64,000 nt of DNA, from NCBI GenBank assembly GCA_030550585.1, contig JAUQPB010000002.1, positions 224,001 through 288,000 on the forward strand. Reading direction: 5' to 3'. Positions 42,179 through 52,886 of the stretch are shown one piece after another. Positions within the stretch are counted from its first letter, which is position 1, and the number at the start of each line of letters is the position of its first letter. The notes below the pieces were generated by a model. It was not told where the DNA came from. It saw nothing but the letters and a program-made list of their open reading frames with translations, and made no database searches. Both the position numbers and the translations under genes were made by a program. The DNA is from Thermoproteota archaeon (GTDB lineage Archaea > Thermoproteota > Thermoprotei_A > Sulfolobales > Ignisphaeraceae).

Positions 42179-43702
42179 GTGAGTCGATTGGAAAGAATTA
42201 AGGTAGCTTTTATTGGTGCTGGAAGTGCTGTTTGGTCTAGTAGAATTGTAATAGATCTTTTGATAAATAAGGATCTTCAAAATAGAGTTGATATTTGGCT
42301 TATGGATATAAGTGATTGGAGACTTGATTTAATTTACGGCTTTGCTAAAAGATATGTTGACGAGTTGAAGGTCAATGCCAAGATTTTCAAAACTAAGGAC
42401 AGAGTCGAGGCTATAAAAGATGCTGATTTCGTTATAAACTCTGCTATGGCTGGTGGTCACAGCTACTATGAGAGAATGAGGGAGATATCGGAGAAGTATG
42501 GATACTACAGAGGTATAAACTCTGTTGAATGGAACTATGTCTCAGACTATCACACCATATGGGGTTACTACCAATTCAAATTGATGTTGGATATAGCAAA
42601 AGATGTTGAGGCTTATGCACCAAATGCATGGCTCATAAATGTTGCTAACCCAGTATTTGAACTAACAACTCTTGTCACAAGAGAGCTCAGAAAGGTTAAA
42701 TTTATAGGTCTTTGTCATGGGCATCTGGGCTTCGTTAAAGCTGTTGAAGTCCTTGGCATGAGGCTTGCCAAGGAGAAGCTTGGTAGAGATATAACAGCTC
42801 TTTGCGCTATGCACGACCCAGAATGATACAAGATCTTGGCGCAAATCATAGACTTCAATTCATTAGATGTTGAGATGTCTGGTTTCAACCATGTCATTTG
42901 GTTGACTAGATTTAGGTATATGGGTGACAACGCTTATAGATATGTAGATGACTGGATTAGAGAAGATGCTGAAAAGTATTGGAGTATATGGAGAGAATAT
43001 GTTGCAAACCCATTCGATGTAGATCTATCCCCAGCTGCAATAGACATGTATAGAACATATGGCCTTCTACCAATAGGAGACGCTGTTAGGGGTGGTACAT
43101 GGAAATACCACTGGGATCTACAAACAAAGAAGTATTGGTACGGGCCATTCGGAGGACCAGACTCAGAAATAGGATGGGCCATGTATATGGCTGCACTAAG
43201 AAGAAGCCTAGACCAGCTTGCGCAAGCAGTTTACGACGCATCAACCCCCTTGGTGCATAGATACCCACCGGAGCCTAGTGGAGAGTCGATTGTTGAGATA
43301 ATAGATTCTATAGTAAATGATAAGCCAAAAGAGTTCTACTACATAAATGTGGGAAAGGCCTTAAAGATTCCAGCACCGTTACAGGTTAATATACCGAATG
43401 AGGGTGTATTATCTGGTATACCAAATGATGTAGCAGTTGAGATACCTGTGAAAATAGATGGCAAGGGAGTTCACAGAAAACCATTAACACAAATACCATC
43501 AAAAATACTGAGATATGTGTTGTTGCATAGGCTTATGAGGGCTGAGTGGGCTTTGGAGGCTTTTCTTAAGGGTGGTAGAGACACTTTATTCAACTGGCTT
43601 ATAGTTGATGTCAGAACAAAAAGTATTCAGCAAGTAAACGATGTTATAGACGCAATACTGAAAATGCCAGGCAACGAAGAAATGGCAAAACACTTCAGCT
43701 AA
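42179..43702 (+). pseudogene. GH4 NAD+-dependent alpha-glucosidase/glucuronidase, interrupted by an in-frame TGA at 42824-42826
   Basis: IGAGSAVW, YYRGI, ANPV, GLCHG, then GFNHVIW, IGDAVR, SGESIV. Both track ORFs are in the same frame, separated by a single TGA (GAA TGA TAC AAG ATC TTG). Confidence 0.85.
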
Positions 43703-44106
43703 AAGACTAATCCACACATCGCATTATAGAGCCCGAGATGAAACATATTTTCAGTTTTTAGTTTTATTTACACCTTCATTCCTCTACCTCCAAAGTCCTA
43801 TATTATCTGGGTAATCTATTTTATATTTAAAGAAATGCATGGGTTATAGCCTTCCAAATCTAGAACTAATATAGGAATCAAGGAGACCTCATCATTCGAA
43901 TGTAGAAACATTCTAAGAAACCAGAGGTGGGGTTTAAAAGCAGATGTCACATGTATATGCATAACATTGCAAATATAATGAAGACGATAATACTATATTC
44001 ACTATAAATATATGGTCATCCGTTGCTACAACACCCAGAAACCTAGATTTGAAAAGGCGTTCCTCGATGATGTCAGGGACAATATGTAATGAAATTAAAT
44101 TGAGGT

Positions 44107-44853
44107 TCATATACTCAGATATTGTGGAGAAGGTACAGTAATGACAAGATCGTCTTCGTCTAGAGATACTCCAGGATCGAGAGAAACCACTTTGTTAGTC
44201 CATTCATCGCCCATCTCATGGGGGATTGCTTTAGAGACTGCGAGCAGGGTGTTGTATCTTTTCAAAAGTTTTGCAAATTTCATGTGGCTTAACTTGTGAA
44301 TTGTGGTAAACTCTGCTATTGCCTCTAGCTCAAAGGCTTTTTCAATCAGCGTGTTGTCTGTTAGAAGGTGTCGCCATAGAACAGACGCTTTTAGTATATT
44401 GCGGAGCCTCTTCTTGGAGCTGTAGAAAGGTGGTAGCTGGAGCAGCCCAATCTTTGGGATCTCCAAAAGATCTCCAATGGCATTCCCAATGTAGATGGCG
44501 TCAAAGGTTTCATGCAAAGCCACAACAGCTTCGAAGTTGCCGACCCCTATATGGAGTCTTAGAGTTGCTGGAAAGAGGAGCTGTGTCACCTCGCCAAAGA
44601 ACCTTATCTTTCGAATAAAATTGGGGTGTTCAATGTAGCCAACCACCTTTATGTTGCTGTTCATCAACTCTTTGACAACCTCTCTAACCTCTTTCCCAAC
44701 CTCCTTCCTAGACTTGGATAGTGGATGTGAGAAGAATAGATGTGTGTTGAAGTGTTTTGAATACTCTTTCAACGACCTCAAAGCCCTTAAACCTCCGCCA
44801 GTATAAGGCAAAGGGTTTGACACGCATATTATACTAGGCTTTTCTGCAGCCAT
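44107..44853 (-). pseudogene. Glycosyltransferase (GT4-like) N-terminal fragment
   Basis: GGGLRA...LAVSKA...PGVS N-terminal GT-B domain. The ORF ends before the donor-binding domain (no E-x7-E motif). Confidence 0.6.
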
Positions 44854-44855
44854 AC

Positions 44856-46118
44856 CTACAAGACCCTCGTCAACATATTTGACAGCTTCTCAACGAATTT
44901 CTCTAGCGTCAAATTCTTTGCTTTCTCAACGGCTTTTGCTGACAGTGTTTTCCACATGCCTTCATCTGTTAAGAGCTTTGATATAGCCTCTACAGCTTCT
45001 TCAGAGTTTGTATATCCTAGTGCATATGCCCCCTCTTCTGCTAGGTCGCTCCAAGCACCGCCAGACTTGTGTAGCACTACAGGTAGACCCCTAGCCATTG
45101 CCTCTGCTACCGCTATTCCCCAGTGCTCGTTAACTGTTGCATGTAGAAACACCTTTGCCCTATCCATGACAGCGTTTATTGTTTTTCTCGGTGCGTCTGG
45201 AATCAGATAAACATCTGCATCGACATCGACCACCCTACTGGTTTTGAACTCATTTTTAGTCGCTATTTTTTCAAGCCTTGTCAAATAGTTTAAGGCGGTC
45301 TTTGTTTTTGCACCGCCAAATATATACAGCTTTGTGTTCGGCACCTCTCTTCTTAGCCTCGGCAAGACCTCTTCTATGACCCAGTGATACCTCTTCTCTT
45401 CGGAGAACCTGCCAAGCATAACAACAGCATTCTCTCTTTCGCTAAACTCTCTTGGTTTTTCAACAATCTCTACATTTGGTGCTATTGGAGGATTTAAAAC
45501 CTCTGGACTCTCGCCATAAACCATTTTCGCTAGATTTGCTGTCCACCTAGAGTTTGCCAGAACAAGAGATGCTATCTGGAAGGGGTTCTCCCTCAAATAC
45601 CTCGGCAAGAGCTTCACATAGATTTTCCAGTATATATTCAATGGAAATCTGCTGTACCTCTCAAGAACATATGGATCCTCTTCGTAGTGTAATCCAAGCC
45701 CTTTAAACTTCTTGTCGATCGACACCTCATGCGGAAAGTGTATATACTCGATAAGCTTTGTACCGCTCTTCACAATAAACCCTTCAACAGGCTTGTACGT
45801 GCCATCGTCCACAAAGACTATGTGTGCGCCAAACCTCTCAACAGCCCTCCTAATGGTCTCCCCCATCAAAAACCTCAGATATATGCCAAAAGCCCTGAGC
45901 CCAACCGAATACAAAGAGACCTTTGGATATCTACTCAAGTCAATTCCAAACCAATCGACATACCCACCAACATCGACTCTAACAGGAGATGCCAAAACAG
46001 GTGTAAACCCCATAACATCAAACGTGTATGCAGATGCAGCACACACAGCCCCTCCTCCACCAGGTCTATTCCAATAACGGCGCGCTACAACAACATAGCC
46101 ACCCATATCAAATAGCAC
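44856..46118 (-). CDS. Glycosyltransferase family 4 (ALG11-like)
   Basis: EYIHFP, ANSRWT, LGRFSEEK, NEHWGIAVAEAMARG..HKSGG. Confidence 0.9.
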   Translation of the reverse strand: MLFDMGGYVVVARRYWNRPGGGGAVCAASAYTFDVMGFTPVLASPVRVDVGGYVDWFGIDLSRYPKVSLYSVGLRAFGIYLRFLMGETIRRAVERFGAHIVFVDDGTYKPVEGFIVKSGTKLIEYIHFPHEVSIDKKFKGLGLHYEEDPYVLERYSRFPLNIYWKIYVKLLPRYLRENPFQIASLVLANSRWTANLAKMVYGESPEVLNPPIAPNVEIVEKPREFSERENAVVMLGRFSEEKRYHWVIEEVLPRLRREVPNTKLYIFGGAKTKTALNYLTRLEKIATKNEFKTSRVVDVDADVYLIPDAPRKTINAVMDRAKVFLHATVNEHWGIAVAEAMARGLPVVLHKSGGAWSDLAEEGAYALGYTNSEEAVEAISKLLTDEGMWKTLSAKAVEKAKNLTLEKFVEKLSNMLTRVL

Positions 46119-46199
46119 CTAAGCGGAACCTTTACAAAATTGAAGGGGTTGGGGGTTTATAAAATCTGCTAAAATTCGAGCTCCGTGCACTCACCATTG

Positions 46200-47135
46200 C
46201 TAATATGTGATGCAATTCAGTACAATGTCGCATATGCTTCTGTTTCCAATTTTTCTCATCTTCTTAAGTGAATAGATGACATAATAATAGTAGTATTTGA
46301 TGCGGTTCAATGTTCTTTCTCTCCATATTGCAAAGCCTTTGCTTAGAGACTTGTATGCCTTGTTAGAGTAGTATATGTAGGCTGGTAGTCCAAAAACCGC
46401 TTTAAGAACTTTTGCTAGCGATATGTCTTTAAGGTTTAGTAGCACTGACGCTTTTGCTATTATCACGAAATCTTCCTTGGTGAGTCTGTCTCCTGCACTC
46501 CTAAGATGTATATTATTTACGTCAATAACGACCCATTTAAATCCTTTGCACTCAACGTATTTCTTTATCCACGCATCTTCGTATATATGCAGCCATGGAG
46601 GCAGTTTAACCCCCTCTATAGCCTCGCGTCTAAGCAAGGTGTCGTGCAGACCACCCCTGATACTAAAGTTTTGTATAGCGAAGCTTTTCTCTTGGAACCC
46701 TCTTGCAGCTAGCCATGCAATTCGTTCTCGCCAATATGGTGTATAGTCTATGCCCCAGATTAGCCCAACATCTCTTTGTAGAATATATTGCTGTGCATTA
46801 TCCCACCAGCCATCGCCAAGAACAAAGTCGTCGTCTTGGAAAAACAGCCACTCTGCTTTGGTGTTCTCAAAGAATATGTCTATAGCTGTCTGCCTGGCAG
46901 TCGCTCTTGTCGCTTTGTGATAGCCGTAAAGCCTGCTTCCAGATACCACCAGCTCTTTTCCATGCTCATCAGCAAACCTCTTGACAAACTCTCTAGTTCT
47001 AGGAGATGTAGAGTCGTCAACAAGTACTATGAGTTTATACGGTATTTGTAGAGATGATTTCCACGCCCTGTAAAATGCCTCCTCCCCAACCCTCTCAACA
47101 CTATTCTTTGTAATCATAGACATTACTATATCCAT
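46200..47135 (-). CDS. Glycosyltransferase family 2
   Basis: VLVDDS, ATARQ, FFQDDD (DxD), YED. Confidence 0.82.
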   Translation of the reverse strand: MDIVMSMITKNSVERVGEEAFYRAWKSSLQIPYKLIVLVDDSTSPRTREFVKRFADEHGKELVVSGSRLYGYHKATRATARQTAIDIFFENTKAEWLFFQDDDFVLGDGWWDNAQQYILQRDVGLIWGIDYTPYWRERIAWLAARGFQEKSFAIQNFSIRGGLHDTLLRREAIEGVKLPPWLHIYEDAWIKKYVECKGFKWVVIDVNNIHLRSAGDRLTKEDFVIIAKASVLLNLKDISLAKVLKAVFGLPAYIYYSNKAYKSLSKGFAIWRERTLNRIKYYYYYVIYSLKKMRKIGNRSICDIVLNCITY

Positions 47136-47572
47136 GACAAAGCCACCTACATCACACTATCTATGCATTAACATATAAAAATTGCGAATAAATAAAAATC
47201 TAGGTTATACCCGATAAGTATTATGATGAGCTGTAGATAATTTGGCGTGCATGGATTTATAAATAGGTATAGCATTTAAGAGCTACATTATAAATGAAGC
47301 CAAATAGATAAGAAAACGATTATAACTCCATGTGCTGATGAAAGCTTGAGGCTCTCAGAAGCAGAGATATAACATAGGGGATGTACACAAAGATCTGATC
47401 TAAGCTTTAACAGCCATGGTTTTTGGCTTCACATAGATTGGTAGAGATTCTCTTATTGTACAGAATTTCTAAGCTCGAAATAGAATCCCATTTTCATGTG
47501 CTTATATTATTACAAATTATGAACACTTAGTTAAAAGACTTGGCAAGTTTTATATACAGGCTATAAATATTG

Positions 47573-49165
47573 TTATGTATCGTTTCTTTGTATTTTTATT
47601 GGCTTTGGCAACATGAATAGTGGCTGTTCTTGTACATAGTTTTTGCCTAGCTTTAGAGCCTCTTCTGCTTTTGCCAGTTCTGCCCCTAGGTACAGTGCAT
47701 GGGATGTTTGTGACGCCAGTCCTAGTTCAACAATTTTGTTTCTTATTGCTTTTGCAGTCCTCCCTTTTATCAGTATCCTCCCCTTTCTACCTATGTATAG
47801 AGCTTCTATATAGCCCTCTTCGTGGTTAACCCTTATTTTGAATACCCCCATCGGGTCTAGTGTGTATGGTTTCTCCTCCTCTTCTGCATACACAACCTGG
47901 TCGTAGTTGTCTATTGGCGTGTCATACCTTCTCTTGTCTTTTAGAATTAGAAGCGATATTCCAAGATCTTTTGGCAGAGTCTCTAAACTGCTTGCAATAG
48001 CCATCATCTGGGTGGCTATTTTGACCTCTCTTGTCGAGCCCTTTGCCTTTGTGCTGTGCTCTACTGTTAGAACCATGCTCGCCCCTATCTCCTGCGCTAA
48101 TGCAACTAGAATGGCGTTCACCCCCACGCTATCAGCATCTATAAGCTCTGCAACGTTTCCAATGCCCATGAAAAGCGGCACATCTTTTCTAATCTCCTTG
48201 AATTTTGCATATGCCTGAAGAGACTTGAATGTGTTTCCGATTGGCTCTAGAATTGCATCTGCAAAGACCTTTTCAAATCCGTGGCTCTTCACAACATCAA
48301 CTGTTTTTGCTAGAAGCTCAACCCTTTCTCCATAGTCTCTTGGAATAGAGTTGTCGGCGGGGTTTCTAGGAATAGCCACAACAGCTATGTTCTTGTCAAC
48401 CCCTTTTACATGCTCTATGTTGGTCAAATCTATGTTTATAACCATGTCGGCCCCAGCCTCAACACCTCTGAGAATTTCGCTTGGTATGGAGGTGTCGATG
48501 GCTATAGGAACATCGAAAACACTTTTAACAGCTCTAACAACTCTGTGAACATCGTCTGGGTGGGGCTCCAAAGCCTCGAAGCCAAGGCTTATCACATCAG
48601 CTCCAGACTCAATCAAGTAGGAAACCCTTTTAACGAGCTCCTCATCAGATAGCATGTGGCTATGCGAAATCTCAGAGGCAACTCTTATTGGAGGCGGCTC
48701 TAAAGCCACATACAAACCGCCTACTGCAAAGCCCCTCTTCTCCAAAGCTCTCTTCTCAACCTCGGCCAAAACCCTTTTACACCTCTCAAGTCTAAGGCTC
48801 TGCAAAACCTCGTCTGCAGGTTTATCAGGTGATAAAACATCTAGGCCAACCTTGAGGACATCCGGTAGGTCAACAGCGTTTACAGGCCCTTTGACAGTTC
48901 TAACACCAGTTACAGATTCTACAACCTTTCCAGAGCCTCTGACAAGACCAGGCAATATGATGTAGTCATAGCTGTTCTTGCCAACCCTTCCAGCGAGAAG
49001 CTTGGCAACATAGTCAACGGTCATAAAGGCCGCTATGTCTACGGGTGCAACAAAAACATCTATTTCATAGCCTGCAACAGAACCTAGAACCCTTCTCACA
49101 ATAGGCTCTGCCAGCCTACCAGTGACAATGAGTATCCTAGCCAAGCAGTTCATCACCATAGCCAT
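47573..49165 (-). CDS. Dihydropteroate synthase-like protein (archaeal, TIGR00284-like)
   Basis: ILIVTGRLAE, pterin-binding barrel (IAIDT, GNVAELIDADSVGVNA), C-terminal HALYLGAELAKAEEALKLGKNYVQE. Confidence 0.88.
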   Translation of the reverse strand: MAMVMNCLARILIVTGRLAEPIVRRVLGSVAGYEIDVFVAPVDIAAFMTVDYVAKLLAGRVGKNSYDYIILPGLVRGSGKVVESVTGVRTVKGPVNAVDLPDVLKVGLDVLSPDKPADEVLQSLRLERCKRVLAEVEKRALEKRGFAVGGLYVALEPPPIRVASEISHSHMLSDEELVKRVSYLIESGADVISLGFEALEPHPDDVHRVVRAVKSVFDVPIAIDTSIPSEILRGVEAGADMVINIDLTNIEHVKGVDKNIAVVAIPRNPADNSIPRDYGERVELLAKTVDVVKSHGFEKVFADAILEPIGNTFKSLQAYAKFKEIRKDVPLFMGIGNVAELIDADSVGVNAILVALAQEIGASMVLTVEHSTKAKGSTREVKIATQMMAIASSLETLPKDLGISLLILKDKRRYDTPIDNYDQVVYAEEEEKPYTLDPMGVFKIRVNHEEGYIEALYIGRKGRILIKGRTAKAIRNKIVELGLASQTSHALYLGAELAKAEEALKLGKNYVQEQPLFMLPKPIKIQRNDT

Positions 49166-49291
49166 TACATTGCCTAGAACACAAAATTCTCTCTAAAGCT
49201 ATATAGGCTTTCACAAAATATTTCTTAAACAAAACTGTATGTAGATTCACAGAGACTCGAATCAGATTTGCGGCTGGGTTGCAGCTTTTGC

Positions 49292-49792
49292 TCAGCTACT
49301 TTGTTTCCTCTCTATTTCAAGAGCTTTTCTATACTCTAGACTGTGCATCTCTAGCTTCTTCAAAACCTCTCTATTCGTTTTCACAAGCTCGTCTACCAGG
49401 TGGAGGTATCTGGCGACCCTTACAGCGTCTGGGGATATCTCAACAAGCTTCTCCCCATCAACTACAACATAGTGTTTCCTCTCAATCTTCTCACCAAGTA
49501 TATACTCAGCCTCGTTAACAGCTGCGTGAAGCTGGAAGCAGTGGGGACTACCATCAACTGTTACAACTGTTATCGACCTTGGCTTAGACGATCTGACTAT
49601 ACTCGCTATCTTTCCGTAGAGTGCTGGGTGCTCCCTCTCGGGACATGCATACAGAACTGTCTTTCCCTTCGCCAACTCCTCTACAATGCGGCTGTTTATG
49701 TTTCTCAGGCATGCCGATACTATGAGGAGGTCTCCTCTTAGACAAGGTGTTTTAACCCATGTGCTCCAAAGCCAGGATTCACACAAGCTCAT
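49292..49792 (-). CDS. Conserved Fe-S-type protein (4Fe-4S ferredoxin-associated family)
   Basis: [20 protein letters not shown]. Likely start is MSLCES at 49792, overlapping the thiC end. Confidence 0.75.
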   Translation of the reverse strand: MSLCESWLWSTWVKTPCLRGDLLIVSACLRNINSRIVEELAKGKTVLYACPEREHPALYGKIASIVRSSKPRSITVVTVDGSPHCFQLHAAVNEAEYILGEKIERKHYVVVDGEKLVEISPDAVRVARYLHLVDELVKTNREVLKKLEMHSLEYRKALEIERKQSS

Positions 49793-51107
49793 ATGCGCCT
49801 CCCCTCTCAAGTCTCTTCAAAAGACTTTCTACAGATATCCCACCTCTGTTCTTAAGCCACTTGTCTAGAAGCAGAAAAACACAGTACTGTCCGCACATGG
49901 TGCAGCTCTTCAAGTTTCCCTCAAACTGTGTTCTGATGGCGAGAGCCTTTTTCGGGTCTGGAGATAGCTTTATCTGCTTCTCCCAATCGAGTACAGCCCT
50001 AGCCATACTCATCTCAGCGTCTACCCTACCAGCTCTAGAACCGAGCTTCACCAGATCCCCAGCGTGGGCAGCTATCTTAGCCGCTATAAGCCCCTCCTTA
50101 ACCTGCTCAGGATTTGGCAAACCCAGGTGCTCCGATGGTGTGAGATAGCATATGAGGTCAGCCCCAGCGGCAGAGGCTATTGCCGCACCTATAGCACTTG
50201 CTATGTGGTCATAGCCAGCAGCAGCATCTGTTACAAGTGGCCCTAGAACATAGTATGGGACACCCCCACTCAAACTCTTCATAAGCTTGATATCCACAAC
50301 AACCTTGTCTAGCGTCATATGCCCAGGGCCCTCAATCATCACTTGAACCCCCTTGCTTATAGCATCTCTAGCAAGCCTAGCATTGTTTACCAGCTCAGCT
50401 ATCTGAAGCTCATCATGAGCATCAAATATTGTTCCAGGTCTAAGAGCATCCCCAAGGCTTATAACAGCATTGTATTCTCTGAAAAGCTCTAGCAGATAAT
50501 CCCAGTGCTTGATATATGGATTCTCAGAATTGTTTTCAAGCATCCACACAGCCAGCATAGAACCACCTCTACTAACAATAGGCATAAGCCTATTGCTTTT
50601 CAAAGCCTTTTCAGCAAGCTCCTTAGATATCCCAGCATGTATAGTCATAAAGTCCACACCATCCCTAAGCTGCTTCTCAACAACAGAAATGAAGAAATCA
50701 GATGGTATGGACAACCCATACCTAGCAACACCCTCAATCCAAGCCTGATAAGTAGGCACAGTCCCAAAGGGAAGAGGCTTAGAAGCATCAATAAGCCTTT
50801 TCCTAACCTCATCAAGATCACCACCTGTTGATAGATTCATTATCGTATCAGAACCATATTCAACAGCAACCCTAGCCTTCTCAACCTCCATATCAATATC
50901 AACAACAGTTCCACTAGTACCAATATTCACATTAACCTTAGTCGAAAGCCCCTCACCAATAGCAACAAGCTTCAGACCTCTCCTTCTAACATTACCAAAA
51001 ACAACAATCCTACCACCCTCAACACCCCTCCTAACAAAATCTACATCAACACCTTCAGCACTAGCAACACCCTTAATCACACCTTCATCAATCGCTCTCC
51101 TACTCAT
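49779..51107 (-). CDS. thiC: Phosphomethylpyrimidine synthase ThiC
   Basis: [53 protein letters not shown]. Start MSRRA at 51107. Confidence 0.93.
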   Translation of the reverse strand: MSRRAIDEGVIKGVASAEGVDVDFVRRGVEGGRIVVFGNVRRRGLKLVAIGEGLSTKVNVNIGTSGTVVDIDMEVEKARVAVEYGSDTIMNLSTGGDLDEVRKRLIDASKPLPFGTVPTYQAWIEGVARYGLSIPSDFFISVVEKQLRDGVDFMTIHAGISKELAEKALKSNRLMPIVSRGGSMLAVWMLENNSENPYIKHWDYLLELFREYNAVISLGDALRPGTIFDAHDELQIAELVNNARLARDAISKGVQVMIEGPGHMTLDKVVVDIKLMKSLSGGVPYYVLGPLVTDAAAGYDHIASAIGAAIASAAGADLICYLTPSEHLGLPNPEQVKEGLIAAKIAAHAGDLVKLGSRAGRVDAEMSMARAVLDWEKQIKLSPDPKKALAIRTQFEGNLKSCTMCGQYCVFLLLDKWLKNRGGISVESLLKRLERGGAYELV

Positions 51108-51200
51108 GCCGAACAACCAAAACAATATATGGTATTTATGAATGTAAAGCATGAAAACACAGATATATAATCTTATCGCTATTCACTCAAAAATCCTAAC

Positions 51201-52886
51201 CATATCTTTCCCTTATGGGAGTTTCTAAAATGAAGTGCATATTCAATCTTAGGAGGACATGCATTGTCGTTGAACTTTCTACTCCCTTATGGGAGTTTCG
51301 ATAGAGTCCGACACAAGGCTAGCAGACATGATCGAAGAAATAGACCTATCTTTCTACTCCCTTATGGGAGTTTCGTCTGGCAGTACTGCACACGCCAAAG
51401 CTGTTGCGGCGGCCACTTTCTACTCCCTTATGGGAGTTTCCAGGGTTTTGGTTTTTCATGGGTTTCAACCGTGTTATATAATATGTGCAGACTTTCTACT
51501 CCCTTATGGGAGTTTCTCTTGTTGAAGTAGATCAAGACCTTGAGCTGCCAATACTTGGTGTTAAAACTTTCTACTCCCTTATGGGAGTTTCTAAATATCG
51601 GAGGTTGATCCAGATAAATTTACCAGATAAATTTAACCTTTCTACTCCCTTATGGGAGTTTCATGAACATCACCACACTATACTACTCTAGAATAGCCTA
51701 GAACTAACTTTCTACTCCCTTATGGGAGTTTCCTGTTTGAGTCATCTGTGGTTCAAGAGTTTCTGAAGAATCCTGTTCTTTCTACTCCCTTATGGGAGTT
51801 TCTCAGAATCAACACCGCTAGAGAGCGTACAGACATCTTTAATCTTTCTACTCCCTTATGGGAGTTTCAGAAAAATGCAGTTGGATCCGAAGCAACGCTA
51901 CAGACCATCTCCTACCTTTCTACTCCCTTATGGGAGTTTCTGAGTCTAAACTCAGTAAAGACGATATAATTCCGAAAACAATAACACTTTCTACTCCCTT
52001 ATGGGAGTTTCTGGAATAAACATCAGCTACAATACCTTAAGAAGATACGTAAAAGAGCTCTTTCTACTCCCTTATGGGAGTTTCTCCATAAAACCTAATT
52101 GTTAATAGAAACGGTTTTGATGGTGTTACTTCTCTCTTTCTACTCCCTTATGGGAGTTTCAAGTATGGAGTTGTAGCAGAATTGACAATCGCCTTTATGA
52201 AAGTAGCCTTTCTACTCCCTTATGGGAGTTTCCCGGCGTAACATCAAGACGGCTGGACTATCACTGTCATTTGTGGCAACACCTGACTTTCTACTCCCTT
52301 ATGGGAGTTTCCCGAACTCATCTTCTTAAGTTCATCCGAATTTGGCTTAGCCTCTTTCTACTCCCTTATGGGAGTTTCTCTTCTCATACCTAGAGTCCAA
52401 GCCCCACATTCTGAGAACTATCTTTCCTAAAGCTTTCTACTCCCTTATGGGAGTTTCGAATAAGAGTTAGCAAATAGTGGTGTATTACTTGGTGTGATTT
52501 CTTTCTTTCTACTCCCTTATGGGAGTTTCGGAGGAAGGATAGAGAGTGTGATTCTTGATGCAGGTGTTGATAAGCATCTTTCTACTCCCTTATGGGAGTT
52601 TCCGTTTATTAAATCACTGAGAAGGCTCAGGGAGTGGAACATCTACATCTTTCTACTCCCTTATGGGAGTTTCTCGCCGCCAAGATCTATGGCAAGAGGT
52701 CTCACAAATATAAGAAAGCTTTCTACTCCCTTATGGGAGTTTCTCGGCTACGCATATATACGATGTAGATAATGATGAAATGTATGCGTTCTTTCTACTC
52801 CCTTATGGGAGTTTCAGGGATCTACTGCTACGAAAACGGTTACTATAGAGAGTGTGAAGAGCTTTCTACTCCCTTATGGGAGTTTC
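51201..52886 (-). CRISPR. CRISPR array: 24 repeats (23 identical plus 1 degenerate terminal) and 23 spacers of 41-54 nt
   Basis: 25-nt repeat CTTTCTACTCCCTTATGGGAGTTTC (minus strand GAAACTCCCATAAGGGAGTAGAAAG) with an ACTCCC/GGGAGT hairpin. The degenerate copy at 51201-51225 marks the trailer end. Confidence 0.99.

Noticed and set aside
51107-51200. TPP riboswitch upstream of thiC
   Set aside because: The short AT-rich spacer lacks the conserved GCUGAGA/UGAAGG-like core.
52233-52286. Spacer translating as RRNIKTAGLSL, reminiscent of a TnpB C-terminus
   Set aside because: Too short and lacking the preceding DxNAA motif, so a chance resemblance cannot be excluded.
51264-52772. Several short ORFs across the CRISPR array
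   Set aside because: They are translations of repeat-spacer units (recurring LSTPLWEF / FLLPYGSF / FYSLMGVS).
51226-52861. Self-targeting spacers
   Set aside because: No spacer match elsewhere in this window was noticed by eye. A proper alignment against the whole genome is needed.
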